Part shown: in pieces, positions 11,601-24,439 of the stretch
Numbering within the stretch: position 1 is the first letter of the stretch
Layout of the letters: every line of letters begins with the position of its first letter
NCBI GenBank assembly: GCA_964247055.1
Contig: OZ176053.1
Coordinates: forward strand, 248,001-312,000
Direction of reading: 5' to 3'
Length of the DNA: 64,000 nucleotides
From: Paragordius varius
Taxonomy: Eukaryota > Animalia > Nematomorpha
Notes under the pieces: model-generated
Database searches by the model: none
What the model saw: the letters and a program-made list of their open reading frames with translations, nothing else
Told to the model about the DNA's origin: nothing
Made by a program: the position numbers and the translations under genes

Positions 11601-13813
11601 AAGTTTTTTTCTTTAATTTAAAGATTCCAAAAAAAAATATTTTATGGAGCAAAAAAAGTTATTTTTGCAGTTTTTACGAAACTTTTACACAGTATGCAGC
11701 ATTTTAATGGTTGATTATTTTATACACACTATAGTTAAGCAATTTGCACAGTAGTGTATGGAAAAAACAATAAGATGTTGAAAAAATAATTATTTCCTTT
11801 CTTTTTTTCCATACACTACTGTGTTAAAAAAATAAGCAATCATTATTAAAATACATACTGATTGGTTTAGTATGACACTTTATTATCTGTTTAAGCCAAT
11901 ACAAATCTTTAAACAAAATATTTTAGCAACACATTAGTTTGCAATAATTTCGAAAAAACATCCAAAAAAATTAATTAATATAGTTAACAAACGTTTAAAT
12001 AATTGGATATTTAATAAAACTATTATTATTATTATTTTATTCAAATTTTTTTTAAAATATGTATGACTATATTTTTTTTAACATTTTTTAATTTTTATGG
12101 GTTTTTTTTTTAGATTGTAGATTTGCGTCATAAAGTTATCATATATTTTGATTCGCTGTACACTGAACCTCATGAAACATACCTTAATACGCTTTTGTAA
12201 GTCTTTCAAAAATTTTACATAATAAATAATTTTTATTTTACATTTTTGGGTTTAAAATTAAATTTTTTTCAATATTAAAGTAAAAATGGAAATTATACTA
12301 CGGACAAAACGTTAAAATATAAACACAAATATTTTTATCTAAAGAACAACCCATACTTTTATAAACCTTAATATTTCCAATTTTTTAATTACAGTAAAAA
12401 TGGAAATTATAAAACGTAAAAATCTAATGAAAAATCTTTTTTTTAATCTGAATTTTCCTTATATAAGCTATTTAGTTACAATCGTAAAAATTTACAATTG
12501 ATTGTGTTAACTAATAACAATGAGTTTTATGATCAAAATGTCTTTTAGAAAAAAATATATGTCGTTATATTTTTACGTTTTGTCCGTATAATTTCAATTT
12601 TTATTTTATAAACTTTTTTGTTGGAAATTTAAAATATTATAATTTTTACTCTCATGTAGATATTACTTGGAGGAAGAACATTGGGATAAGAAAAAAGAAA
12701 AATTTGACGCCTCTGAATGGCAACTTATAAATGCTCAAGTTAAAATTTCACATAATCAAATAATTTTTTTTTAAAACTAACTTTAATAAAATAATTATTT
12801 TGATATATATATATATATATATATATATACCATTTATAATTCAATTTTACCCTTGAACAATTTAAATTTACCCTCGAACAATAACCCTAGAAATGAAGTG
12901 TTTTCGAGCTAATATAACTCATTATTTTATATGTAATATATCTTTATGGCTTAGCTTATTATTCTTTCTTCCGTATTATTTTGATTTTTAACAAAATTTC
13001 ATTTTTTTAATTGCATAAAAAAATATAGGTATAGGTAATTTGTAATCTAAAAAAATACATATTTAGGGTAAATTTTAACTGTTTAAGGGTACATTTGAAT
13101 CGTTCAAGGGTGAATCTGAAGTGTAAATGGTATATATTTTTTAATTTTAGTTTTTTAATTTTATTTTATAATATTTTTTAGAATGTTCCTCAACAACACA
13201 ATGGAAGTGATTGTGGTGTTTTTGCCCTCAAATATGCCGAATTTTTATCGCGCCTTGAAAAATTTACGTTTTCACAAGTATATTGAAATTAATTTTTGTT
13301 AAAAAAAGTAAATTATTGTTTAAAAAAAGTTTTTTAGGGGATTATAACTGTCTGGAACTAACTGCTTTTTTAAACAATGAAACTTTGAGTTAGTTTTTTA
13401 CTAAAACAATTGATATTAATCATTATTTTACAACTGTTTTCATATATTAATCGAGATTTTCTCTTGATTTTTGTATAAAGTATTTTTGTTTTATCTCAAA
13501 TATAAGTCTCATACAATATTTATAACTATTTTATCTATCAAAAAAAAATTAAATTACACACTTAAATAATCAATAAGAATGGAATCGAAAAAATTTTTTG
13601 GCTAAGGGATTTATCATCATTGGGTATAAAATATGTATGTGGTTATTTTATAGTTTTCGGTTTTTATCTCTAAATTTTATCAATGTTTTATAAATACCAT
13701 ATTAATTTTAATTTTTTATATGGTTAATTTAGAACAATATGCCATATTTTCGACAACGCATGATACTCGAAATTGTAGATCGAAAATTTTACAATCAAAC
13801 CATCGATGAATAA
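8638..13813 (+). CDS. SENP1: Sentrin/SUMO-specific protease, SENP1/2 (Ulp1, peptidase C48) type, 10 exons
   Basis: Exons 8638-9052, 9120-9270, 9397-9869, 10436-10578, 11052-11232, 11501-11598, 12114-12196, 12660-12738, 13182-13277, 13733-13813, all in phase. Motifs [26 protein letters not shown], catalytic His (HIGAHW), Asp (FDSL) and Cys (QHNGSDCG), C-terminal [12 protein letters not shown]. Confidence 0.92.
12828..13132. mobile_element. Foldback MITE, family with TACCATTTACAATTCAAATTCACCC termini and ~21-bp subterminal repeats
   Basis: Palindromic ends in TA context. Further copies at 15116-15399, 18477-18808, 23471-23701, ~23738-24000, ~56505-56833, 59478-59818 and a partial one near 36400. 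Confidence 0.8.
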
Positions 13814-14712
13814 TGTCAGAACAGAACAGAAATTCAATTCTTTACACAAAAATTCTAAGAATCAATAAATCCAATTCAATTCAATCTCGCCCCCCCCACC
13901 ATTAAAAGTAGCCCGAATTTGGCTACTTTTTGTACGTACATAGTCAAAATCATACAAGATGGGACAATAATTATTCTATAATAATTCACATTGATTAATT
14001 TGATTATATATAGTGTTGATAAATAAATCATGTACTTATTATATCATGCAAATTTTATAGCAATAAAATATTAAATTCACAAGAAAATCTTTAATGAAAT
14101 TTTATTAAAATTTATAAAAATGCAAGTTTTTAAGTTAAGTTAACCACAAATTTATATTTTGTCAGCCAGTATTTAATTTTTATCGCCTTCGAGTTATTTT
14201 CCGGTATAGGCTCTTTTTAACCACGGTTTAACAAAGTTTGTTAAATATATATATATATGTATATCATGTTTAATTTTAAATGAGTTAAATTTCATAATTT
14301 TAATCCTATTGATAACATGAAATTAAACTATATTATAAATATTTTTGCCCCCAATATCTCTATATAAAACCTTTTTTATTCATTGTTTTATCCACAATAC
14401 TTTGTACTTTTTTGAAAATCAAAAATCAAAACATTTTTTTATTCTACCTTAACCACCATTTGTTCCTAATTAGCTCAGAAAATGTGGTTTTTCCATTCAT
14501 CAGATTAAAGAATTTTTAAATATTTCCAGTATTAACAATTAATTACATTTCTAATAAAAATTTAGGGGGAATGTTTTCGGGCTAAATTTTAATAATGCAA
14601 AGTTGAATTTTGATTGATAGTTTTTATCTTTTAATTGTTATACAATAATAGCAAAGTACCTTAATTGCCTAACATTTAAATAGCTAAGGCCTAGAAAACT
14701 CTAACTAATAAA

Positions 14713-14957
14713 CAGTAAAAATTAAAATTATACGGACAAAACATAAAAAAAATACAGACAACCATAGATTTTAAAACTTAATACTTCCTATATAACTTAA
14801 TTAAAATTTTAAAATTTTTAATACTTTGAAAGTTTGAATAATAAGTAAGTATTTAAACAAATCAAGATTAAAAAAGTATGGTGGTTGTCTTTTAGACCAA
14901 AAAAAATGACCTTATATTTTTACGTTTTGTCCTTCGGTATAATTTCAGTTTTTACTG
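14713..14957. mobile_element. Tc1/mariner/pogo-type MITE (CAGT...ACTG termini, TA context)
   Basis: TIR CAGTAAAAATT(G/A)AAAT(TA)TACGGACAAAAC; the TA flank is intact on both sides in the 15556 copy. Further copies at 15556-15857, 20757-20956, ~12280-12605, ~37150-37400 and ~53228-53490. Confidence 0.75.
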
Positions 14958-15115
14958 TATATTTGGCATTACAGGGGACTTTATTAGAGTAGAAACCAAT
15001 TTTCAAGCCATAAACATCAATATTTATTAAAATATAAAAATATCACAGTTACATACACATTGCTTTTGTGTTTTTAGGTATTTTGCCATTTTTGTGCGTT
15101 AATATATGAATATAC

Positions 15116-15399
15116 TACCATTTACAATTCAAATTCACCCTTAAACAATTTAAATTCACCCCCTAAAAATAAATCATCTGTTTATGAGTTAATATAACTC
15201 ATTATGAGAAATATCTTTAAAGGGCTTAATTTATTATTTTTTAGTATTATTTTAATTTTAGACGAAATTTCATTATTTTTTAAAAAATATAAAAAATATA
15301 GGTAATTTTTAATCTTAAAAAACACAATAAATATAGGTATAATTTAAAATCTTTAAAAACATTAAATTATTTTAGGATGAGTTTGAATTGTAAATGGTA
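15116..15399. mobile_element. Foldback MITE (TACCATTTAC family)
   Basis: TACCATTTACAATTCAAATTCACCC at left and GAATTGTAAATGGTA at right. Confidence 0.78.
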
Positions 15400-15555
15400 T
15401 AAGGAACAGTAAAAATTAAATCTAAACAAAACATAAAATAAAAAATTTCCAGTTTTTTTTTGCCTATATAATTAAATTTTACTGTATTTACCATTCTCAT
15501 CAAATAAATACAAAATATATATACATATAAATCAATTCTACAAAATTATTTAATA

Positions 15556-15857
15556 CAGTAAAAATTGAAATACGGACAAAACGTGAAAAAAAGACAAATA
15601 TTTTTTTCTAAAACACAACAACCATACTTTTTAAATCATGTTTTTATAAAACTTAAATAATTGTTATGAAATTGCAAAGTATGGTGAATCGAGATGTAGA
15701 TTGGTAACACAATCAATTGCATATTTTACGCTTGTAGTTAAATGTCTTTCATAGGATAAATTAAGGTTTAAAAGAGTATGTGATTGTCTTTTGAAAAAAA
15801 AACAATTTTTCTTTATATTTTAACATTTTGTCCATAGTATAAGTTTAGTTCTTACTG
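15556..15857. mobile_element. Tc1/mariner/pogo-type MITE (CAGT family)
   Basis: TA|CAGTAAAAATTGAAATACGGACAAAACG ... TTTTGTCC...TTACTG|TA. Confidence 0.75.
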
Positions 15858-15977
15858 TAAGAAAAAGTAAAATAAAATATCCAGACAAAATTTTTTTTCA
15901 AAAGACTACATTAAATTCAAAAAAATACAGAGTGATCTTTGAAAAAAATGGTATTTGTCTTTTAGTTTTTATTTTGT

Positions 15978-16013
<36 letters not shown>

Positions 16014-16145
16014 TAACATTATTAAACAAATACAAAATATATACATATAAATCAATTCTACAAAATTATATCATAAGTAAAAGTAAAAGAGACATCAAAA
16101 TTCTCCAAGAAAACTAAAGTTTTTAAAAAATCAATCTTTTCACAT

Positions 16146-19100
16146 TTAATGTTGACTCCATTTTATGTTTTTAAGGTCTATGCCTTCCTGTACCATTTCC
16201 CAGAGTGGGCTCATACCCCTAAGTCTTTCAACATGGGCAACACACTTTTCAATCGTGTAAGCTACTTCGCCGGGCGTAGTGAAACGCCCCAGACCAAACC
16301 TATTAGTAAAAAATTGAGAAATTATAAAAGACAAAATGTAAAATAAAGTTTTTTTCAAAAGACAATCATACTTTTTAAAACCTTAGTGTGTTAACAATTA
16401 CTTTAAAAGTTTAAAAAAATGAGTTATATTTGAACTAAATAAATTTAAAATATAGTGGTCTATCTTAAAAAAGCATAAAATACTGATTCGTTTTTTTATC
16501 GTTTTGTGTAAAAGTTATAACACATAGTTTTTAAATTGCAAAACATGGAATAGAGATGTATATTGGTAAGTAACAAAATCAATTATAAATTTTACAATTG
16601 TGATTATTTAATCTATATAGAAAAAATAAAAGCTTAAAAGAGTATGGTAATATTTGTCTTTCTTTATATTTATGCGTTTTGTCCGTGTATAGTTTCAATT
16701 TTAATGTATTCAGAAACGTCAAAGTTCAGCTAAGCATGATTGTCTTTAAAAAAAATGTCGTTCGTTATATATCAGCACGTTTTGTCTGTATAACTTCAAG
16801 TTTTATTGTATATATATATATATATATATCTAACAAATATATAGTTAGTATTTTGTTTAATTTAAGACTTAAGTAAAAAAAAATATTCATTCTTGTTTCT
16901 AACCAAGACCAAACCTTATACTACTATGGGCCAAGTCTTCGTCAGTTCCAATGGCCCGTAAAACGTAGGACGGTTCTAAGCTTGCAGAAGTACAGGCAGA
17001 TCCTGAGGACAGAGCTATATCCTTGAGTGCCATAAGCAAGCTTTCACCTTCAATGTAAGCAAAACTAAAATTTAAACACCCCGGGTAACTGTGGTCCGGA
17101 TCTCCGTTCCGTATCAAGTGTGAAATTGATGCGGTTAAACCTAAAAACAAAATGTTGCGTAAAAAATAAACTGTGGTTTACTAAGATTGCAGTTTTAAAA
17201 GTCCTTTTTGTCAAGGGCATTGTCAAAAAAAACGCAGGGTAGAGCTGCAAAAAGGTTAAATAAAACACGGCTATTAAAGACATTTTTTTCTAATGGAGTT
17301 AGTTATTTTAACCTTTGGTTCCAGCAAATATTTTATGAACGATTAATTTTAGCGTAAAAAATGTAGCGTAAAACAGGGGCGTAAAAAAGATAAATTTTTA
17401 AGGTCAATTTTTTTAAAAAAGTTTCGAGACAAAAAATGTAACGTGGAGAGGCGCGCAAAAGGTAAAATAAAATGGTTATTTAAATCAATTTTTGACTGCA
17501 CTTTTTACAGAAATTTTCGTCTCTAGTTTCAATGAATACCTTTTACACAGTATATTGTTAAAATGTATAGCAAAGGGATGCGCAAAAAGAATATATTTTT
17601 AATGTGGTTTTTTTTTTCAAATGTAGTAATTTTTGTCACCGGTTTCAAAATATATATACATTTTATAAACGGTTTATTGTCAAAAAAACGTATAGCATAG
17701 GGAACTGTGGTTAAAATAAAACGATCATTAAAATCATTTCTGAAATTTGTTGTACAATCAATCATTCAATAAATATTTTATGAAAGTTTTGCGCTATCGA
17801 TAAAAAACTGTAGAAAGGGGTATGTAATTGTAAAAAGATTTTTTGTACTTTTAAGGTCGTTTTAAAAGAAAGGCCTGAAAAAACTTGGATTCAAATCATA
17901 AAACAAGAAGACTTTAAATTCCTGAAAACATCCTCGAAACGCAACAAAAGATAAAGATAGAGTTATATTTATCGTAAATTAATCCATGGAATTCTACTAA
18001 CTGGGCCAAACTAATAATACCTACCTACCTACCTACCTTAACTGCAGTCTTTAATCATTTAAAATTAAGAGAGCAATGACAAAATAAGTATAGCATAGCA
18101 ACATTTAGGCAATAATGTATAAATAAGTGTAAAGGCAAAGCGTATAAAAGTTTTAAAAATATTCTTTTTTGGTGTGTAAAGAAAACCATAATTTTGCGCC
18201 TTTATTTCTTTTATATTGGCAAAATTAAGATTTAATTAAAATATAAGGTTTTCTACTACACCACGAAAAAAAAATATTTGTCTTTATATACTGTTTTTGA
18301 CATTTTAATTTTTGTGTTCCAACTTAAAATCGCAAACATTTTTGTGGAATCAAAACTTTTTTTTATAAAAATGCAGCCCCCAATCCTTAGAACCATGAAA
18401 TCGGTAGTTTAGTTAGCAAAAAAATAAAAAAAAAAGTAAAAACAAATTTAGATTTTACTAAATATAAATATATATATACCATTTACAATTCAATTTCACC
18501 CTTAAACAATTCAAATTCACCCTTGAACAATTCAAATTCACCCTCATATAAAATATATGTTTTTTTAGATTAAAAATTACCTATATTTTATATATTTTTA
18601 AAAAATAAAAATTTTATTTTAAATTAAAATATTACTGAAAAAATAATAAACTATACCATAAACATATATTTCATATTAATAATGAGTTATATTAGTTCAA
18701 AAACACATAATTTATTTTTAGGGTGAATTTAAATTGTTCAAAGGTGAATTTGAATTGTTTAAGGGTGAATTTGAATTGTATAAGGGTGAATTTGAACTGT
18801 AAATGTTATATATCATTTATACACTTTATTTAAAACTTTTTATGAAAATTAAAACCTTGTATGAGTTGTTGTGAGAGCTTTTTGATTCGTTCACTATCAT
18901 ACGTGTAATCTTGAGCGCACAGCTGACACGCGGCCCCTAACCCAACGGCCAAAGGTGCAGGGACTGTTCCAGAACGCATTCCTCGTTCCTGACCTCCACC
19001 TGACTGCAGAGCTTCTATCCGGACACGTCGAGGTCTTCGACGCACATAAAGCGCCCCTATGCCTGTGCGCGATCATATGTTTAAATGTTGCATTAAAAAT

Positions 19101-22100
19101 TCGATATGTTTATTATTTGCGTTTCTTTTTAAATGCGCCGCCCTAAAGTGACTTTTTATGGCCTTGAATTATTTATTTAATTTTGGAATTTAGTTATAAT
19201 GAGATGAGTATAAATATCTGCAAATGTGTCATATAGCTATGAAATTTTTATTGATATCATATGGTATCCGGCCCTTTTAATTTTTTGGTGAGTATGCCAC
19301 TGATGTCGAATAAGGTTTAAACAATAATAATTGTCAGACAAATATGAATGTAAATTCAGCAAAAAAGCAAATTGTTTTATGGAAATGGTAAATTTTCTTT
19401 TACTGCGAGCAGAAAAATCTTACATATAGTAAGAAAAACAATAGCAATATTTTGGTGTTTTTTAGTTTTTAAATTCTTTACAAAATTATGGTTTTTTTAA
19501 TTTAATGGTAAATATCCCTGAGGCCAAGGAAGCTTTGAACATAAAACCTAAAATTTATTTGTGAAAAAAACGATATTTTAACTGCATTTTTTGTGACTAA
19601 TATACAGAGTTGACCGTTGTTCATTTATATAATATATAAAATATATATTTTTAACAATCCATCCATAATAACATTTAACTAAAAAAATTATGACATTAGA
19701 TATTTAAAATTACCTTTAGGTCCATATATTTTATGTCCACTGATGGACATTAAATCGATATTGTTGGCATTTACATCAAGTGGGATTTTTCCAACGGCCT
19801 GAGCCGCGTCCGTATGGAAAAATACGTCACGAGCTCGACAAATGTCACCTAAAACATCAAAATAATATAATATTCATAAAAAAACTCAAGTATCAAATAA
19901 ATTATAAATATTGATATATAACTTTATAAAATATTAACATAATATCAATAATTTAGACATTTTTAGAATTTAATATATATATATATATTAAACGATCAAT
20001 TCAAACAATTTTTTTCAATATTTTTATATTCAAAAACAACCATTCTCTGTAACTAATCCATTATTTCGCTTTCTTCTGTTAAAAATCAAGATATCTTATG
20101 TCAAATCAAAACAAAAATGTATATAGAAAACTTAAAATTTCATTATGATGATGGAAATATTTCAATCCAATTTTTATGCTTGATTATGATAATTGACATA
20201 ATATTAAGGACAACCATATAAATACCTTATTAACGAAAAAAATAATCAAAATGCCATTAAAAAATGGTTATAAATTAACATAATCTTTATAATATTAAAA
20301 GAAATTTTTGTTTTTTATAAGATATTAACTTAATTTTATACCAAATATTAAATCATTTAGTAGTATATATCAAAACAGAAAAAAAGGACCTATGGCTTTA
20401 ATCGGTTGAATAACACCAATCTCATTGTTAACAGTCATGATAGAGGCAAGACATGTTTTATCAGTTATGGCATTTTCTAAATCCTAAACGGAAAATATTT
20501 CGTAACCCTAATTTTTACATCTATTCTAAAAATAAATTTTTTATAAATAAGCAAAACATATATTTATTAATTTTTTTCTCTTAGAAATATAAGGATTTTT
20601 AAAAAATTAACCATTTTTACAAATATATATATATTTATAATGCGTTAATTTATCTTGCTATGTTTTTTTTAATTTTCATTTTTGTATTTTTTTGGAATTC
20701 TTAAATTAGTTCTTTAAAGTTTTATTTTAATCGTCCCATGTTTTTTAGACAAAATACAGTAAAAATTGAACTTATACGGACAAAACGTGAAAATATAAAG
20801 TATATTATAGAAATGTAAATTGGTAACACAATCAATTATGTATTTTACGATTAATTAAATGTTTTATATAAGATAAGTTAAAATTTAAAAAAGGGTATGA
20901 TTGTGAAAAAAATTTTATAATATTACATTTTGTCCGTATAATTTCAATTTTTACTATAAAAATGAATATTAATATAATATTTAATTGCTTCAAAATGTTT
21001 AAAACTATACTTGTAAATTAATAAGTCCATTTTTTTGTACAGGCAAATAAGTGACTTTAAATCCCTCATTCTCGAGTGATCGACAAGAATCCAAAACACA
21101 TTTGTGTTCCTAAAAGGATAAAAAAATGTATTTTAAAAATAGTTTATATATTACTTGTAAAATTAGTTAAAAATGTAAAAAAAACATTTACGTTAAATCT
21201 GATTTAAGGTAAAATAACCGTATAATAATTATAAAGTTATTCGATATTAAACTGTATATAGAAATACCCCGTAAATATTAATATTGTAATTTTAGCACAA
21301 CTTTTAAATTTAGAATAAGAATTTTTGTTAAAAAGTAGAATATGGATAATATAAGATTTTTCAGTGAAGAGCAACATTTTTATTCAAACAGAAAGAATAA
21401 AACTGAAAAGTTGCATTTGGTTGAAAAAGTGTTGCCTTAAACTAAGCAATGGTGTGTATGTTTTATATATGGCTGTCAAATTTTATTTACCATATATTTG
21501 AAAATTTATAAAATTAAATTTAATATACATTTATACTTTGCTACGCGTGAAATAATTTTATTAAAGGCAATGTCGAAAAATAGCATTCTTTCTTTAGGCA
21601 AAATGATTTCACATGAAAGCAACATTACTTAAAGACTGTTTCATGTTTCAAATAAGTGATTGGCTCGATTTAATTAAAAATGCGATAAAAACTGTAACAT
21701 ATTGTAGTTAAATAAAGAAATTATTCAAAAAATATTGACAGTTAGAACCGGCTACTTAATTCAAAAACGATCAGTAAATACTCGACATGAACCTAATAAA
21801 CAATTAAACATATATGAAATATATGCAAAATAAAAATTGTGACACTTTTGTAAATCATAAATTCAGTAAATAATCGATTTAAACCTTATAAACAATTAAA
21901 AATATGAGGTATATGCAAAATAAAAATTGACACTTATGTAAATCATAAATTCAGTAAATAATCGACATAAACCTAATAAACACAATTAAAAATATGTGAG
22001 GTATATGCCAAATAAAAATTGACACTTATGTAAATCATAAATTCAGTAAATAATCGACATAAACCTAATAAACACAATTAAAAATATGTGAGGTATATGC

Positions 22101-22867
22101 AAAATAAAATGAAAATTGACACTTTTGTAAATCTTACCGTCTGTGTGGTTATAATATGATTCTTTTTGGATTTATAAAAACGGGCTATCCCTTTAATAGC
22201 CATATTATTTGATTCTGTCGCTCCACTCGTATAAACTATTTCTTTGGATTCGGCTCCAATCAAGGATGCAATTTGCTAAACAAAACAAATGTATATCTTT
22301 TACAAAAATAAATGTATAACTTTTTGAAAACAACATTAATTAATCAAAGCATATGTTAATCAAAAATATTTTTTTAAAAATTTCAATCTCTCTGTGAAAT
22401 AAAAGGCGATTTAAATGTAAAAGCAATGTTGCATTATCAATACAAAATGTGTGTTTTGTTTTTTTAGTTAAAAAATGTTTCCAACAAAAAAATTATATGA
22501 TGATATAGAGGACTGTAAGTTCAAATTTAATAAATTTAGGCATACAAGAAAAAACTTACTTCTCTGGCATTTTCGACTGCTTTTTCCGTTTCCCATCCGT
22601 AAGCATGGGTTCGGGAATGCGGGTTACCATATAAATTTGTTAGAAAAGGTAACATAGCATCCAAAACTCGGAAATCTAAGGGGGTAGTCGCTTGTGCATC
22701 TAAATACAGCGGTCTTAATTCTTTTTCCTTTGTTGCTAATGCTTGATGAGCTTGAGATAAACCTGTTTATAACATGTTTTATACATACTTTTAGACAAAA
22801 CATTAAAGCCTTTCGGTATTATCAATATGGGTATTCGCGGTTTCATTGAAACAAATGATCTTATCAT
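16146..22867 (-). CDS. NFS1: Mitochondrial cysteine desulfurase (IscS/NFS1), 444 aa, 9 exons
   Basis: Exons 22867-22789, 22762-22560, 22275-22138, 21109-21011, 20483-20390, 19848-19714, 19062-18856, 17140-16915, 16299-16146 total 1335 nt in phase. Motifs [36 protein letters not shown] lysine [12 protein letters not shown], catalytic SSGSACTS, end [12 protein letters not shown]. Confidence 0.97.
18477..18808. mobile_element. Foldback MITE (TACCATTTAC family) in NFS1 intron 7
   Basis: Arrays of AACAATTCAAATTCACCC at left, mirrored by GGGTGAATTTGAATTGT at right. Confidence 0.8.
21770..22133. repeat. Minisatellite, about 90-93 bp unit, about 4 copies, in NFS1 intron 3
   Basis: AAATTGACACTT(A/T)TGTAAATC recurs near 21835, 21924, 22016 and 22113. 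Confidence 0.88.
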
Positions 22868-22912
22868 ACGGTGCTTAAAACCACGCCGCTTTTAAACCCC
22901 AAATCAGAAAAA

Positions 22913-24145
22913 ATGTTTAATGTATAATTCTTTATGTTTATAGCGATATGTAATTTTTAGGTTAAACCTGGAAAGGAAAAAACTAAAGGTCATAAACAGA
23001 TTGAAACGGAAAATAATGCAACAATCAATTTTTATTCCATTGCATTTCTTATAATCACAGTTTTTTGTTTGTTTTAACGTTTTGCAGATCATTCATTTGG
23101 CTGGAAAATACATGTTAGGATGGTATTCGGTTAAAGATCAAGTTATATAAATTTATTAATAATTTTAGATTATGTCATTTTTTTCTATTTTCCTTAATAT
23201 TGGTGCACTTTATTTGCTAAAATCTCAGGCTAAACAAAATGTAGATTTAAATACTAGTTCTGGGATAGCAGAGTATATTATTTTGAAAAAAAAACTAAAA
23301 ATTTAGACATTTAAAAGATGTTATAATACTCTTGTTTTGTACGCAAATCCTTGTTCTATATTCATCATGGTTTTGGGCCATTGCATTAATTGTAAGTATT
23401 ATTATTTATCCAATTTTCTTGAGAATTTTATTAACATATTTACGTTTAAAATGCACTTGGAATCATAATATACCATTTATAAAATTATGTGCTTTTGAAC
23501 ATCAAAAATTACCTATATTTTAAAAATTAAATTTCGTTCAAAATTACTTAATACATAAATTATAAAATATGCTATAAAAAAATATATTATATTATGATGA
23601 GTTATATTAGCCTAAAAATCATACATTATTTTTTAAGGTTAATTTAGTATGTTTAAGGGTGAATTCAAAATGTTTGACGGTGAATTTGAGTTAAAATGGT
23701 ATGGTATATTTGATAAGTAAAAATTAATTGTTTAATATACTTTACAATTCAAATTCACCCTCGAATTCGAATTCATCCTAAAAATATATTACGTGTTTTC
23801 AGGCTAATATAACTCATTATTATTAGTTTATAATTCTTTTAATATTTTAATTACAAACAAATTTTCATTTTTTAAATATGAAAAATATGGGTATTTAATA
23901 TTAAAAAACATATATATTTGATGGTGATTCTAATCGTTCGAAGGTGAATTTGAATTGTTTTCGAATTGTTTAAGGGTGAATTTGAAGTTTAAATAGTATA
24001 TTACAAATACAATAAATTAAAATTATCAAGACGTCATATAAAGACTTAGGGATACTATTTTATACAAAGGATACTATATTTTTAATCTTTGAGTTTTTAT
24101 TAAACTGTATAAAGAAGTTTTTTAAATTGAACATGCCAATTTACT

Positions 24146-24181
<36 letters not shown>

Positions 24182-24439
24182 TTTTAATTTAAATGGGTTT
24201 TCTCAATTTAAATTATATTTTGTATGTTAAAGTGTTTTTTAGAAACCTCAGATTAAATAATCTAAAATTTTTTTTGATAAAAAATATAGATTCCATCTCG
24301 TATGTTTTATCTCCTTTGGATTTATATATTGGGCCCGTGGTTTTTTGCAGGTGCTAATGAAGGACCCATTACAGATGAAACCGCTGATAAAAAACAAAAG
24401 AAAATGGATCGAAGAATGCGAAAATTCAATAATCGATAA
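22913..24439 (+). CDS. TMEM208: Transmembrane protein 208 (Snd2/DUF788), 6 predicted exons; one apparent single-base deletion
   Basis: Exons 22913-22921 (uncertain), 22961-23059, 23088-23141, 23169-23272, 23307-23391, 24290-24439. Motifs TKGHKQIETENNATINFY, DLNTSSGIAEHLKDVI, YLLWIYILGPWF, KKQKKMDRR match the family. The T run at 23178-23183 needs one more base to keep frame. Confidence 0.88.

Noticed and set aside
13278-13361. Alternative SENP terminal exon via an AG near 13337 (GIITVWN-stop)
   Set aside because: The exon at 13733 gives the conserved MPYFR..M..EI ending, and nothing supports the alternative.
13904-13930. 10-bp perfect hairpin AAAAGTAGCC/GGCTACTTTT downstream of the SENP stop
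   Set aside because: It is a single short stem; rho-independent terminators are irrelevant in a eukaryote and it is not a histone-type stem-loop.
18477-18808. Regularly spaced ~21-bp repeats resembling a CRISPR array
   Set aside because: The units are adjacent without unique spacers, mirrored in inverted orientation, and part of a dispersed foldback MITE in a eukaryotic intron.
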